Assembly (NCBI GenBank): GCA_963700145.1
Contig: OY969474.1
Span: 4,576,001 to 4,640,000, forward strand
Direction: 5' to 3'
DNA from: an uncultured Acidobacteriota bacterium
GTDB taxonomy: Bacteria > Acidobacteriota > Thermoanaerobaculia > Multivoradales > UBA5704
Length of the DNA: 64,000 bases
Below, in pieces: positions 51,150-62,202 of this stretch. The notes beneath the pieces are model-generated. The model did no database searches, was not told the origin of the DNA, and saw only the letters and a program-made list of their open reading frames with translations. The stretch's first letter is position 1. Each line of letters opens with the position of its first letter. The translations under genes and the position numbers were made by a program.

Positions 51150-54100
51150 ATGCCGCTCGCCCCCTTTCACCCCGCCGTCGCCGCCTGGTTCGAGCGTCGC
51201 TTCGGCGCGCCGACCGAGGTGCAGGCGCTCGCCTGGCCGGCCATTCGCTCGGGCGCCCATACGCTGATCGCCGCTCCGACCGGCTCGGGGAAGACGCTCG
51301 CCGCCTTCCTGGCCGCCCTCGACGAGCTCGCTCGCGACGCCCTCGCCGGGCGGCTCGAAGACGAGACGCGCGTCGTCTACGTCTCGCCGCTGCGGGCGCT
51401 GTCGAACGACATCAAGAACAACCTGGAGGAGCCGCTCGCCGGCATCCGCGCCGAGATGGCGGCGCGCGGGCTGGGCGAGATCGAGATCCGTACCGCCCTG
51501 CGCACCGGCGACACGCCGCCCTCCGAGCGGACGGCGATGGCGAAGCGGCCGCCGCACATCCTGGTCACCACACCCGAGTCGCTCTACCTCCTGCTGACCA
51601 GCGAGAGCGGCCGCGCCATGCTGCGCACGGCGCGCACGGCGATCGTCGACGAGATCCACGCCCTCGCCCCCAACCGGCGCGGTGCCCACCTGGCGCTGTC
51701 GCTGGCGCGGCTCGAAGCCCTGGCCGCCCCAACCGGGGGCCTCACCCGCGTCGGCCTCTCGGCGACGCAGCGGCCGATCGAGGAGGTGGCGCGCTGGCTG
51801 GTCGGGATCGGCGCCGACGGCAGCGCGCCGCCGTGCACGATCGTCGACGTCGGCCACGCACGCCGCCTGGATCTGGCGATCGAGCTCCCTTCCTCGCCGC
51901 TCGCAGCGGTGATGGCCAACGAGGTCTGGGAGGAGATCTACGACCGCACCGCCGAGCTGATCCGCGAGCACCGCACGACGCTGGTCTTCGTCAACACCCG
52001 CCGGCGCGCCGAGCGGACGGTGCGCCACCTCGCCGATCGACTGGGCGAGGCGGCGGTCGCCGCCCACCACGGGAGCCTGTCGCGCGAGAAGCGGCTGGAA
52101 GCCGAGCGCCGCCTCAAGGCCGGCGACCTGCGGGCGATCGTCGCCACCTCCTCGCTGGAGCTGGGGATCGACGTCGGCGCCATCGAGCTGGTCGTCCAGG
52201 TGGGCTCGACGCGCTCGATCGCCGGGCTCCTGCAGCGGGTGGGGCGCTCGGGGCACCACCTGGCGGGCCTGCCGAAGGGGCGGGTCTTCCCGACCAGCCG
52301 CGACGAGCTGGTCGAGGTCACCGCGCTCCTCGACGCCGTCCGCCGCGGCGAGCTCGACCGCCTGCACATCCCGGAGAAGCCGCTCGACGTCCTGGCGCAG
52401 CAGATCGTCGCCGCGGTGGCGGCGGAGGAGTGGACGGAGGACGACCTCTACGCCCTGGTCCGCCGCGCCTGGCCGTACCGCGACGTCGCGCGCGCCGAGT
52501 TCGACGAGATCGTGACGATGCTGGCGCAAGGGTTCCACACCCGGCGCGGCCGGCGCTCGGCCTACCTCCACCAGGACGCGGTGAACGGCCGCCTGCGGGC
52601 GCGGCGGGGGGCGCGGATGACGGCGCTCACCTCGGGCGGCGCCATCCCCGACACCGCCGACTACGACGTCCTCCTCGAGCCCAGCGCCACCTTCATCGGC
52701 ACGGTCAACGAGGACTTCGCGGTCGAGAGCCTGGCGGGGGACATCTTCCAGCTCGGCAACCTCTCCTGGCGGATCCTGAAAGTCGAGCCGGGGCGGCTGC
52801 GGGTGGAGGACGCGCGCGGCCAGCCGCCGTCGATCCCCTTCTGGCTCGGCGAGGCGCCGGCGCGGACCGAGGAGCTGTCGGCCGCGGTGTCGCGCCTGCG
52901 CGATGAGATCGCGGCGCGCATGGCCGCGGCGCCGTCGCCGGAGGAAGGGGTCGAGGCGGTCGTCGCCTGGCTCACCGGCGAGGTGGGGCTGACGCCGGCG
53001 GCGGCGCGGCAGGTCGCCGACTACCTCGCCGCCGGCTGGGCCGCGCTCGGCCTGCTGCCGAGCCAGCGGACGCTGGTCGCCGAGCGCTTCTTCGACGAAG
53101 CCGGCGACATGCATCTGGTCCTGCACTCGACCTTCGGCAGCCGGATCAACCGCGCGCTCGGGCTGGCGCTGCGCAAGCGCTTCTGCCAGAGCTTCAACTT
53201 CGAGCTGCAAGCGGCGGCCAGCGACGACGCCGTGGTCCTCTCGCTGGGCCCCACCCACAGCTTCCCGCTGCCGGAGGTCTTCCGCTTCCTGCGCTCGGAG
53301 ACGGCGCGCGACGTCCTCACCCAGGCGATGCTCGACTCGCCGCTCTTCCCGGTGCGCTGGCGCTGGAACGCCTCGCGCTCGCTCGCCCTGCCGCGCTTCC
53401 GCGGCGGCAAGCGGGTGCCGCCGCGCCTGATGCGGCAGCAGGCCGAGGACCTGGCGGCCGTCCTCTTCCCCGACCAGCTCGCCTGCTTCGAAAACATCGT
53501 CGGCGAGCGCGAGGTCCCCGACCACCCGCTGGTGCGGCAGACCGTCCACGACTGCCTCGAAGAGGCGATGGACGCGACGGGGCTCGAGCGCCTGCTGGCG
53601 CGGGTCGAGGCGGGCGACCTGGCCGTCGAGGCGCGCGAGCTGACCGAGCCGTCGCCTTTGGCGCACGAGATCCTCAACGCCCGGGTCTACGAGTTCCTCG
53701 ACGACGCGCCGCTCGAGGAGCGCCGGACGCAGGCGGTGATGACCCGGCGCTGGCTGGACGTGGACAGCGCCGCCGAGCTGGGCACGCTCGACGCCGCGGC
53801 GATCGAGCGGGTGCGTGCCGAGGCCTGGCCCGAGCCGCAGGACGCCGACGAGCTGCACGACGCGCTGGTGACGCTCGGGTTCCTGACCGAGGCCGAGGGA
53901 CAGGAAGGGAAGTGGGAGGAGCTGTTCGCGGCGCTGGTGGCGGCGGGGCGGGCGACGGTAGCGGTGGTCGCGCCGCGCGGCGGGTCGGAGGCGGGCGCGC
54001 GGCTCTGGGCCGCCGCCGAGCGGTTGGCCGAGCTGCTGGCCCTTCATCCGCAAGCGCGGCTCGAGCCGGAGCTGGCTCTGCCGCCGCGACTCGCGCGAGA

Positions 54101-55517
54101 CGTCGAACCGGACGCGGCCCGGGTCGAGCTGATGCGAGCCCGGCTCGGCGGGCTCGGGCCGGTCACGGCCGAACGGTTGGCGCGGGAGATCGCCCTGCCC
54201 CGCTCGGCGGCGGAGGCCGCTCTCGCCGCGCTGGAGGGAGAGGGCTTCGTTCTGCGCGGCCGCTACACGCCCGATCTGCCGGCCGGCGCCGAGGAGTGGT
54301 GCGAGCGGCGGCTCCTGGCGCGCATTCACCGCGCCACCGTCGAGCGGCTGCGGCGCGAGATCGAGCCGGTAAGTTCCGGCGAGTTCCTGCGCTTCCTCCT
54401 CGCCTGGCAGCGGGCGGCGCCGAGCGAGCGGGGCGAGGGGGGCGGGAGCCTGCCGGCGGTCCTCGAGCAACTCGAAGGCTTCAGCGCCCCGGCCGGCGCC
54501 TGGGAGCGGGAGATCCTGCCGGCGCGGATCGCCGGCTACGCCCCGGCCTGGCTCGACGCCCTCTGCCTCTCGGGGCGATGGGTCTGGGGGCGGACGGCGC
54601 CCTCGCCTTCGACCGGCGCCCGCGGCGGCTCGCTGCGCGCCACGCCGATGGCGTTCCTGCAGCGCGGCAACCTGCCGCTCTGGGGGGAGCTGGCGCCGGC
54701 GCCGCCGGCGGCGGAGGAGGAGGAGCGCCTGTCGAGCGGCGCGGCGGCGGTGCTCGCCGTCCTGCGCGAGCGCGGCGCCTGCTTCTTCGACGAGCTGGCG
54801 CGGGCGAGCGGCCTCCTCGAGACGCAGGTCGAGGCCGCGCTCGCCGAGCTGGTGGCGGCCGGCCTCCTGACCGCCGACGCGCCGGCGGGCCTGCGCGCGC
54901 TGCTGACCCCGGCGCACAAGCGGCCGCGCGCGCCGTATCGCGGGGCGGGGTCGCCGCTGGAGGCGGCGGGGCGGTGGTCGGTGCTGCGGACGGCGGCCGA
55001 GAAGGACGAAGAGCTTTCCCCCGAGACGATCGAGGCGGTGGCGCGGGTCCTCCTCCGCCGCTACGGCGTGGTCTTCAAGCGCCTCCTCGACCGCGAGACG
55101 CTGCTGCCGCCCTGGCGCGACCTGCTGCGGGTCTACCGGCGGCTGGAGGCGCGCGGCGAGCTGCGCGGCGGCCGCTTCGTGGCCGGGCCGTCGGGCGAGC
55201 AGTACGCGCTCCCCGAAGCGGTAGGGAAGCTGCGCGCCCTCCGCCGCGCCGCCCCGACCGGCGAGCTGGTGGCGGTCTCGGCCGCCGATCCGCTCAACCT
55301 GCTCGGCGTCCTCACCCCGGGCGGCCGCCTGCCGGCCCTGACCGGCAACCGCCTCCTCTACCGCAACGGCGTCCCCATCGCCGCCCGCGAGGCCGGCCGC
55401 ACCCGCTTCCTCGTCGACCTGGACCCGGCCGCCCGCTGGCGCGCCGAGACCGCCCTCCTCCGCCGTCCGGCCCACGCCCAGCCCGTCGAAGAGACGGCGC
55501 TCCCCCAGCCGGCTTAG
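51150..55517 (+). CDS. lhr: Lhr-family DEAH helicase with long C-terminal domain
   Basis: [56 protein letters not shown]; C-terminal [20 protein letters not shown]. Confidence 0.94.
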   Translation: MPLAPFHPAVAAWFERRFGAPTEVQALAWPAIRSGAHTLIAAPTGSGKTLAAFLAALDELARDALAGRLEDETRVVYVSPLRALSNDIKNNLEEPLAGIRAEMAARGLGEIEIRTALRTGDTPPSERTAMAKRPPHILVTTPESLYLLLTSESGRAMLRTARTAIVDEIHALAPNRRGAHLALSLARLEALAAPTGGLTRVGLSATQRPIEEVARWLVGIGADGSAPPCTIVDVGHARRLDLAIELPSSPLAAVMANEVWEEIYDRTAELIREHRTTLVFVNTRRRAERTVRHLADRLGEAAVAAHHGSLSREKRLEAERRLKAGDLRAIVATSSLELGIDVGAIELVVQVGSTRSIAGLLQRVGRSGHHLAGLPKGRVFPTSRDELVEVTALLDAVRRGELDRLHIPEKPLDVLAQQIVAAVAAEEWTEDDLYALVRRAWPYRDVARAEFDEIVTMLAQGFHTRRGRRSAYLHQDAVNGRLRARRGARMTALTSGGAIPDTADYDVLLEPSATFIGTVNEDFAVESLAGDIFQLGNLSWRILKVEPGRLRVEDARGQPPSIPFWLGEAPARTEELSAAVSRLRDEIAARMAAAPSPEEGVEAVVAWLTGEVGLTPAAARQVADYLAAGWAALGLLPSQRTLVAERFFDEAGDMHLVLHSTFGSRINRALGLALRKRFCQSFNFELQAAASDDAVVLSLGPTHSFPLPEVFRFLRSETARDVLTQAMLDSPLFPVRWRWNASRSLALPRFRGGKRVPPRLMRQQAEDLAAVLFPDQLACFENIVGEREVPDHPLVRQTVHDCLEEAMDATGLERLLARVEAGDLAVEARELTEPSPLAHEILNARVYEFLDDAPLEERRTQAVMTRRWLDVDSAAELGTLDAAAIERVRAEAWPEPQDADELHDALVTLGFLTEAEGQEGKWEELFAALVAAGRATVAVVAPRGGSEAGARLWAAAERLAELLALHPQARLEPELALPPRLARDVEPDAARVELMRARLGGLGPVTAERLAREIALPRSAAEAALAALEGEGFVLRGRYTPDLPAGAEEWCERRLLARIHRATVERLRREIEPVSSGEFLRFLLAWQRAAPSERGEGGGSLPAVLEQLEGFSAPAGAWEREILPARIAGYAPAWLDALCLSGRWVWGRTAPSPSTGARGGSLRATPMAFLQRGNLPLWGELAPAPPAAEEEERLSSGAAAVLAVLRERGACFFDELARASGLLETQVEAALAELVAAGLLTADAPAGLRALLTPAHKRPRAPYRGAGSPLEAAGRWSVLRTAAEKDEELSPETIEAVARVLLRRYGVVFKRLLDRETLLPPWRDLLRVYRRLEARGELRGGRFVAGPSGEQYALPEAVGKLRALRRAAPTGELVAVSAADPLNLLGVLTPGGRLPALTGNRLLYRNGVPIAAREAGRTRFLVDLDPAARWRAETALLRRPAHAQPVEETALPQPA

Positions 55518-55918
55518 CGCGGGGTCAGCTCGTACGGAACGACAACCCAGGAGTGGCGGTCGGGGGGGAAGTCGCGGGTGTTGCGGGTGACCAGGCGCAG
55601 AGCGTGGTAGCGGGCGAGGGCGGCCTGAAGGGCGTCGGGGACCTTCCAGCGGTGCTCGCGGCGGAGGCGGGCGGCGAGGTCCGAGACCGGTGGGTCGATC
55701 GGGAGCGTCGGGAAGCGGTCGAGGAGCCCCACGGCCGGCGGCAGATCGCCTTCCGCGAAGCCGGCCAGCACCTCGGCGCGCGTGATCACCGAGACCGCGC
55801 ACCGCCCCCGCGTCTCCGCGAGATAGGCGGTCGCCTGCCCGACGCCGCGGAAATGGTCGATGAGAATGACCGAGTCGAGCAGGAGCTCGGGGCCGCTGGC
55901 TACGGCCGCTCGTCCCAC
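55514..55918 (-). CDS. PIN-domain (VapC) toxin
   Basis: [33 protein letters not shown]. Start approximate. Confidence 0.9.
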   Translation of the reverse strand: MGRAAVASGPELLLDSVILIDHFRGVGQATAYLAETRGRCAVSVITRAEVLAGFAEGDLPPAVGLLDRFPTLPIDPPVSDLAARLRREHRWKVPDALQAALARYHALRLVTRNTRDFPPDRHSWVVVPYELTPR

Positions 55919-56142
55919 TCCGCCCGCACCCGCCGCTGGTAGTCGAGCCCCTCCTCGCCACGCCAGAGTCCGGCCGTCTCCCGGAGCTGCCGCTCGAGCG
56001 ACGGCCCTTCCGCTTCCACCTCCTGCCGGTAGCGCCGCAGCGCCAGCCGCACCAACTGGGTCATCGTCATCTTCTCCTCCACGGCCCGGCGATCGAGCCA
56101 GGCCTTGTCCTCGTCCTCCAGGCTGATGATCGTCCGGATCAC
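55900..56142 (-). CDS. CopG/RHH antitoxin
   Basis: IRTIISLEDEDKAWLDRRA...MTQLVRLAL...[12 protein letters not shown], upstream of and overlapping the PIN gene. Confidence 0.85.
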   Translation of the reverse strand: MIRTIISLEDEDKAWLDRRAVEEKMTMTQLVRLALRRYRQEVEAEGPSLERQLRETAGLWRGEEGLDYQRRVRAEWDERP

Positions 56143-56155
56143 AGCGCACCTCCAC

Positions 56156-56201
56156 GATATCGAACGAGACAGTAGATATCATCAGCGTCTCCTCGTGTCA
56201 A
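56156..56201 (-). promoter_or_regulatory. TA promoter/operator candidate
   Basis: TTGACA on the minus strand (56196-56201) and two GATATC palindromes (56156-56161, 56175-56180). Confidence 0.4.
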
Positions 56202-56250
56202 CCGCTCCGGAGAGAAGACGGAAAAGGGGACTCGGAACTTGGCAGGAGAC

Positions 56251-57033
56251 TCAGGCCAGGCGGGGCCAGAGGCCGAGGTAGCGGAGGCGGAGCGGGAGCT
56301 GGCGCGCCATCACCCAGAGGCTGACGCCGGCGGCGAGCGCGACGACGATCCAGAGCGGAGCGCCGTAGAGGAAGGGCGCGAGGAGCGTCGCCGGGAGGAG
56401 GACGGCGGCGCCGATCGCCGCGACCACCGCGAGGTGCGCCAGGAAGCGGAGGCGGACGCCGCCGGGGACCGCGCCGATCGCTGCGATGGCGAGAAGGGCC
56501 CAGCCTGCACCGACCGCGAGGATCCCCCGGAGCGCTCCCGCGCGCGGCGGTACCGTCCCGCTCCCGGCGGCCACGGCGGCGCCGAAGAGGGCGCCCACGC
56601 CGAGCGTGAAGAGAAGCAGCAGGACGAGCAGCGCGAGCTGGTAGCCGGGGCGGTCGTCCGGGTCGCAGGCGCAGCGGATGGCGCTCCGGGGCGGGGCCAG
56701 GATGCGGCGGTTGTAAGAGACCATGTGGTAGACGCCGGTGATCGGTTTCACGAAGAGCGGCCGGTCGAGCAGCCGCGCGAGAGATCCGAACCGGCCGTCG
56801 CGCAGCAGCCAGAGGAACCCGGGAATGCCGGTGCGGATCTCGCCGCTCGCCGGCTCGAAGACCGCCATCTCGTTGCGGAAGCCGGCGGCGGCGAGGCGCT
56901 CGGCGGGCTCCCCCTCGTAGCTCTGGAACTCCCGCCGCCGCTCCTCGGGCACCAGCCCCCAGCGCACGAACCGCTCGCTGCCGCGGATGCAGATCGGGCA
57001 GTCGCCGTCGTAGACCAGGACCTTGCCGCTCAT
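56251..57033 (-). CDS. DCC1/DUF393 thiol-disulfide oxidoreductase-like protein with C-terminal TM helices
   Basis: LVYDGDCPIC, Y..VSYNRR, four hydrophobic helices. Confidence 0.8.
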   Translation of the reverse strand: MSGKVLVYDGDCPICIRGSERFVRWGLVPEERRREFQSYEGEPAERLAAAGFRNEMAVFEPASGEIRTGIPGFLWLLRDGRFGSLARLLDRPLFVKPITGVYHMVSYNRRILAPPRSAIRCACDPDDRPGYQLALLVLLLLFTLGVGALFGAAVAAGSGTVPPRAGALRGILAVGAGWALLAIAAIGAVPGGVRLRFLAHLAVVAAIGAAVLLPATLLAPFLYGAPLWIVVALAAGVSLWVMARQLPLRLRYLGLWPRLA

Positions 57034-57109
57034 CTCGAGCGGGAAGTGTAGACCCTCGGATCGCGGTTTCCGTGCGGGGCGGTATGCTCCAGCGCCCCGG
57101 AGGACTCTC

Positions 57110-58093
57110 ATGCATCGCTATCCCCGCCCGCTCCTCGTCTCGATCCCCTTCCTGCTCGCCGCCTGCGCCGTGCGGCCCGAGGCGAGCACCGCCCCCGCGT
57201 CCGCCGCCCAGGCCGCGACCCCGCCCACCGCGGCGTCCGCCGCTCCCACTCCCGCTCCCGCCGCTCCCGCCGAGCCGCGCGCGGGCTTCGAGGCCTGGCG
57301 GCAGGAGCGCGACAAGGGGCTGCGCAACCCCGACGGCTGGCTGACGCTCGTCGGCCTCCACTGGCTGGAAGAGGGGGACAACCCGATCGGCAGCGGCGAG
57401 GAGAACCACATCGTCTTCCCCGCCGGCCGGGCGCCGGCGCGCGCCGGGCTCCTCCGCCTGAAGGACGGCCAAGTCACCCTGGAAGCCCCTGCCGCGGCCG
57501 GGATCACAGTCGACGGCAAGCCGGTCACGAGCCTCGCCCTCACCTCGGACAAGGAGGGCAAGCCGACGATCCTCGAGCTCGGCTCCCTCCGCTTCCACGT
57601 CATCGACCGCGGCGGCCGGCTCGGCCTCCGGGTGCGCGACCGCGAGAGCCCGGTCCTCGCCGCTTTCCACGGCGTCGAGAGCTACCCCTTCGATCCCTCC
57701 TGGCGCGTCGAGGCGCGCCTCGAGCGCTACGACCCGCCGAAGAAGGTGCCGGTCCCCAACATCCTCGGCACGGTGGACGACGAGGACTCGCCGGCGGCGG
57801 TGGTCTTCGAGCGGGACGGGCGGACCTACCGGCTCGACGGGCTCGAGGGCGGCGACCAGGGCGAGCTCTTCCTGATCTTCGGCGACGGCACCAACGGCGA
57901 GGAGACCTACGGCGGCGGCCGCTTCCTGGTCACCGAGGCCCCCGCCGGCGGTACCGTCGTCGTCGACTTCAACAAGGCCTACAACCCGCCCTGTGCCTTC
58001 ACCCCCTACGCCACTTGCCCGCTGCCGCCGCGCCAGAACAAGCTGGCCATCGCCGTCGCCGCCGGCGAGAAGAACTTCGGCGAGGGGCACTAA
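57110..58093 (+). CDS. DUF1684 family lipoprotein
   Basis: LAAC lipobox, GWLTLVGLHWL, TNGEETYGGGRF, DFNKAYNPPCAFTPYATCPLPP, AGEK. Confidence 0.92.
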   Translation: MHRYPRPLLVSIPFLLAACAVRPEASTAPASAAQAATPPTAASAAPTPAPAAPAEPRAGFEAWRQERDKGLRNPDGWLTLVGLHWLEEGDNPIGSGEENHIVFPAGRAPARAGLLRLKDGQVTLEAPAAAGITVDGKPVTSLALTSDKEGKPTILELGSLRFHVIDRGGRLGLRVRDRESPVLAAFHGVESYPFDPSWRVEARLERYDPPKKVPVPNILGTVDDEDSPAAVVFERDGRTYRLDGLEGGDQGELFLIFGDGTNGEETYGGGRFLVTEAPAGGTVVVDFNKAYNPPCAFTPYATCPLPPRQNKLAIAVAAGEKNFGEGH

Positions 58094-58124
58094 AAAGAAA
58101 AACGCCCGGCACGTAGGCCGGGCG
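58092..58124 (-). terminator. Rho-independent terminator of the permease operon
   Basis: Minus strand CGCCCGGC-ctacgt-GCCGGGCG followed by TTTTTCTTTT. Confidence 0.8.
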
Positions 58125-58146
58125 CTACCTGCAGGCGCGGAGCCTC

Positions 58147-59727
58147 CTACGGCTTCGGCGGCACGTCATCCCAGGGGTTCGACCCCGCCACCGCCTTGTC
58201 GATCGTCTCGCCGGGCGAGGCGCCGAAGCGCCGCAGCTCCTCGGCGGTGTAGCGCGTCAGGACGGTGTGCTTGCGGCTGTAGAGGAAGTAGATGAACAGG
58301 CCGACCGCCAGCCAGCCGATCAGCCGCCACCAGTTGGCCGCCGGCAGCGAGAACATCAGGATCAGGCAGCAGACGATCCCCAGGATCGGCACCAGCGGCA
58401 CCCACGGACAGCGGAACGGCCGCTCCGCCTCCGGGTTGGTGCGGCGCATGATGAGCACCGCGGCGCAGACGACGGCGAAGGCGAAGAGCGTCCCGATGTT
58501 GGTCATCTGGAGCAGGTACTCGATGGGCAGGAGGCCCGTGGCGATGGCGACGAAGGCGCCGATCAGGAGCGTGCTCTTCCAGGGCGTCCTGAACTTCGGA
58601 TGCACCGCGCCGAAGAACCCCGCCGGCACCATGCCGTCGCGCGCCATGGCCAGGAAGACGCGCGGCCCCGAGAGCATCATGACCAGGAGCACCGAGGTGA
58701 TGCCGGCGACGCCGGCGATCGCGATGAGGACGTCCGCCCACTCCAGGCCGACCTCGCTGAAGGCGACCGAGACCCCCGCGCCGGTGTCGATGCGGTCGTA
58801 CTTGACCATGCCGGTCAAGACCGCCACGACCGCGATGTAGAGCACCGTGCAGATCAGCAGCGAGGCGACGATGCCGATCGGCACGTCGCGGTTCGGCCGC
58901 TTCGCCTCCTCGGCGTGGGTCGAGACCGAGTCGAAGCCGATGTAGGCGAAGAAGATGATCGCGGCGCCGGCGAGCATGCCGACCGGTGTGCCGCCGACCG
59001 ACTCCCCGATGACGGTCTTGCCGAAGAAGGTGATCCCGCCCCAGCCGTAGGGCGCGAACGGCTTCCAGTTCTCGGGGTTGATGTAGAAGGCGCCGACCAG
59101 GATGACGAAGAGGACGGCGGCGAGCTTGACCGCGACCATCGTGGCGTTGAAGTTGGCGCTCTCGTGGATCCCCTTGACCAGGACCGCGGTGACGATCGCC
59201 GTGATGATGATCGCCGGCAGGTTGACGACGCCGTCCGTGCCGACGAAGTGCCCCGTCGCGGCGTCGTAGGCGATCGGCGCCCGGCTCAAGGCCTCCGGCA
59301 GGTTGATCCCCATCCTGGGCAGGAGCGTCTGGAAGAAGCTCGACCAGCCGTTGGCCACCGTCGCCGAGCCGACCGCGTACTCCAGCACCAGGTCCCAGCC
59401 GATGATCCAGGCGAAGAGCTCGCCGAGAGTGGCGTAGGCGTAGGTGTAGGCCGAGCCCGCCACCGGCACCATCGAAGCGAACTCGGCGTAGCAGAGGGCG
59501 GCGAAGATGCAGGTGATGCCGGCCGCGACGTAGGACATCATCAGCGCCGGCCCGGCCACGTTGTGCGCGGCGGCGCCGGTGGCGACGAAGATGCCGGCGC
59601 CGATGATGGCGCCCACCCCGAGGCTGGTGAGCTGGACCGGGCCGAGGATGCGCCGCAGCCGGTTGTCGCTCTTCATCTCCTCGAGCAGCAGCCCGAGGGG
59701 CTTCTTGGCTAGGAGTCGGCTTGCCAT
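58147..59727 (-). CDS. Amino acid permease (APC, cationic amino acid transporter type)
   Basis: LGVGAIIGAGIF, CYAEFAS..P.AGSAY, FFAYIGFD, MARDG, RPFRCP. Confidence 0.94.
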   Translation of the reverse strand: MASRLLAKKPLGLLLEEMKSDNRLRRILGPVQLTSLGVGAIIGAGIFVATGAAAHNVAGPALMMSYVAAGITCIFAALCYAEFASMVPVAGSAYTYAYATLGELFAWIIGWDLVLEYAVGSATVANGWSSFFQTLLPRMGINLPEALSRAPIAYDAATGHFVGTDGVVNLPAIIITAIVTAVLVKGIHESANFNATMVAVKLAAVLFVILVGAFYINPENWKPFAPYGWGGITFFGKTVIGESVGGTPVGMLAGAAIIFFAYIGFDSVSTHAEEAKRPNRDVPIGIVASLLICTVLYIAVVAVLTGMVKYDRIDTGAGVSVAFSEVGLEWADVLIAIAGVAGITSVLLVMMLSGPRVFLAMARDGMVPAGFFGAVHPKFRTPWKSTLLIGAFVAIATGLLPIEYLLQMTNIGTLFAFAVVCAAVLIMRRTNPEAERPFRCPWVPLVPILGIVCCLILMFSLPAANWWRLIGWLAVGLFIYFLYSRKHTVLTRYTAEELRRFGASPGETIDKAVAGSNPWDDVPPKP

Positions 59728-61280
59728 GAGTCCTCCGTCGAATGAGTGGGCACGCCCACCCGCCGCCAGAGCAGGTAGACGGGGATGCCGGTGAGGACGA
59801 TGAGGAGCCCCGGCCAGGTGGTCGAGGTGCGGTAGACCAGGAGCACGGCGAGGATGACCAGGGCGGCGGCGATGTAGAGCGCCGGCACGATCGGGTAACC
59901 GAAGGCGCGGTAGGGGCGCTCGGCGTCGGGGCGCTTGCGCCGCAGGACGAAGATGCCGCCGAGCGTCAGGATGTAGAAGATCAGCACCGAGAAGACCACG
60001 TAGTCGAGGAGGTTCCCGTAGAGGTTGCCGTAGACCGGCTCGCCGGTGGCGGCGTCGAGCCGGAGCTGGCCGGCGTCGTCGTAGAGGCGCGTCCGCGGCA
60101 GCACCAGGAGCGACGCCCAGATGCACTGGAAGAGCAGGCCGCGCGACGGCACGTGGTGGTCGTTGAGCTTGCCGGTGGCGCGGAAGAAGAGGCCGTCGCG
60201 CGCCATCGCGTAGTAGACCCGCGCGCCGGCCAGCACCAGCCCGTTGTTGCAGCCGAAGGTCGAGATGATGATGAAGACCGCCATGATGCCCGCCGCCGCC
60301 GGCCCGAACACCTTGGCCAGCGCCGCGGTGGCCACGCGGTCGTCCGGCGCGGTCTGGATCTCGCCCAGGGTGAGCATCGAGAGGTAGGCGAAGTTGGCGA
60401 GCACGTAGAGAGTGATGACCAGCGCCGTGCCCAGCGCCAGCGACAGCGGCACGTTGCGGCGCGGGTTCTTGACCTCGCCGGCGGTGAAGGTGATGTTGTT
60501 CCAGGCGTCGGCGGAGAAGAGCGACCCCACCTGCGCGACGCAGAAGGCGACGAGGAGGCCGAAGGCGCCGGCCGCCGCCGAGACCGCCGCCACCCAGGGC
60601 ATGTCGGGGCGGATCGGCGTCACGTCGCGCGGCGTCCAGGCGTCGGCGAAGTTGGCGGCGACCGCCGCGGCGTCGCGGCCGAAGAAGATCCCGAGGACGA
60701 TCAGGCCGAGGAGCGCCAGGGTCTTGGTCGAGGTGAAGACGTTCTGGATCCACTTGCCGACCTTGAGCCCGCGCGTGTTGAGCAGCGTCAGGAAGACGAT
60801 CAAGAGGATCGCCACCAGCTGCTGCACCGACAGCGACACCGCGTAGCTGTCCGAGAGGTCGATCGGCGGCACGATCCAGGAGGTCGGCGAGATCGCCGGC
60901 GCCAGCACCCCGAGGAAGCGGGCGAAGGCCACCGCCACCGCCGCGATCGTCCCGGTCTGGATGACCAGGAAAAGCGTCCAGCCGTAGAGGAACCCCCAGA
61001 GCGGCGAGTAGGACTCGCGGAGGTAGACATACTGGCCGCCGGCGCGCGGCATCATCGCCGCCAGCTCGCCGTAGGAGAGGGCGGCGGCGACGGTCAGCAG
61101 GCCGGTCACCACCCAGACCATGATCAGCCAGCCGGCCGAGCCGACGAGGCGGGCGATGTCGGCCGAGACGATGAAGATCCCCGAGCCGATCATCGACCCG
61201 GCCACGATCATCGTCGAGTCGAGCAGGCCGAGCTCGCGGAGGAGCCCGCCGTTGCTCCGCGCGACCGTCGCTTCAGACAT
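59709..61280 (-). CDS. Amino acid permease (APC, LAT type)
   Basis: GSMIGSGIF, YGELAAMMPRAGGQY, AGEVKNP, ARVYYAMARDG, RPYRAFGYP. Confidence 0.94.
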   Translation of the reverse strand: MSEATVARSNGGLLRELGLLDSTMIVAGSMIGSGIFIVSADIARLVGSAGWLIMVWVVTGLLTVAAALSYGELAAMMPRAGGQYVYLRESYSPLWGFLYGWTLFLVIQTGTIAAVAVAFARFLGVLAPAISPTSWIVPPIDLSDSYAVSLSVQQLVAILLIVFLTLLNTRGLKVGKWIQNVFTSTKTLALLGLIVLGIFFGRDAAAVAANFADAWTPRDVTPIRPDMPWVAAVSAAAGAFGLLVAFCVAQVGSLFSADAWNNITFTAGEVKNPRRNVPLSLALGTALVITLYVLANFAYLSMLTLGEIQTAPDDRVATAALAKVFGPAAAGIMAVFIIISTFGCNNGLVLAGARVYYAMARDGLFFRATGKLNDHHVPSRGLLFQCIWASLLVLPRTRLYDDAGQLRLDAATGEPVYGNLYGNLLDYVVFSVLIFYILTLGGIFVLRRKRPDAERPYRAFGYPIVPALYIAAALVILAVLLVYRTSTTWPGLLIVLTGIPVYLLWRRVGVPTHSTEDSWQADS

Positions 61281-61351
61281 GAACGGCCCTCCCTGGTTGA
61301 AAACCGCCGCATTATCGCCGCTTTTCGGCCCGGCGCGAGCGCGGGGCGCCG

Positions 61352-62176
61352 CTAGGCGACGGGTGCCTTCGCGCAGCGCTCCAGCAGGCGGGCGTCTCCC
61401 AGGCGCTCCGCCCACGCGGCGAAGGCGCCGGCGGGGCCTTGCCAGTGCAGCTCTTCGGCGGCCTCGAAGAGGGGCGCGTCGGTCCTGAGCGTCGCCAGGT
61501 CCTTGAAGAGCAGCGCCAGGTCGCGGCTGTCGCCCAGGACGGCGGGCGGGAAGTCCTCGAGGGCGCCGTGCCGGTTGATGAGGCGCGCCGCCGTCGTCGC
61601 GCCGATCCCCGGAATGCCCGGGTAGCCGTCGGCCGCGTCGCCGACGAGGGCGAGGTAGTCGGGGATCAAGGCGGGCTCCACCCCGAACTTCCCGCGCACC
61701 CCCGCCGCGTCGAGGATCTTCCGCCCCTTGCGGTCGACCTGCACGACCCGGTCGCCGCGGACGCACTGCGCCAGGTCCTTGTCGGGCGTCCAGATGCAGA
61801 CCTTCTGCACGCCCTCCTCCGCGGCGGCGATCCGCGCCGCGGAGGCGAGCGCGTCGTCGGCCTCCAGCTCGATCATGGGCCAGACCGCCACGCCCATCGC
61901 GGCGAGCGCCTCTTCGAGCGGATGGAACTGCGCGAGGAGCGCCCGTTCGACGCCGGCCCCCGTCTTGTAGCCGGGCCAGAGACGGTTGCGGAAGGACTCG
62001 ATGACGTGATCGGTCGCCACCCCGAGGTGCGTCGCCCCCGTCTCGATCATCTCCAGCACCGTGTGCAGCACCCCGGCCACCGCGCCGAACGGCCGGTCCT
62101 TGCCCTTGTTGAAGCGGCGCTGGCCGTAGAAGTGGCGGAACAGCTCGTAGGTGCCGTCGAGGAGATGAACGATCAT
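61352..62176 (-). CDS. Stand-alone 5'-3' exonuclease / flap endonuclease
   Basis: LLDGTYELFR, FRN...GYK, EADD, DKD, LVGDAADGYPGIPGIG (H3TH). Confidence 0.92.
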   Translation of the reverse strand: MIVHLLDGTYELFRHFYGQRRFNKGKDRPFGAVAGVLHTVLEMIETGATHLGVATDHVIESFRNRLWPGYKTGAGVERALLAQFHPLEEALAAMGVAVWPMIELEADDALASAARIAAAEEGVQKVCIWTPDKDLAQCVRGDRVVQVDRKGRKILDAAGVRGKFGVEPALIPDYLALVGDAADGYPGIPGIGATTAARLINRHGALEDFPPAVLGDSRDLALLFKDLATLRTDAPLFEAAEELHWQGPAGAFAAWAERLGDARLLERCAKAPVA

Positions 62177-62202
62177 CCGGCAGGAAGTCTCTGCCCCGCG
62201 GG

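Noticed and set aside
51150-55517. Lhr helicase near Fpg/Nei as a novel repair system
   Set aside because: Long Lhr proteins and their association with Nei-type glycosylases are already known, and here two unrelated genes intervene.
50898-55961. 1687-aa antisense ORF and other long shadow ORFs
   Set aside because: They lie opposite real genes and have Arg/Gly/Ala-rich composition. Stop-codon scarcity at high GC explains them.
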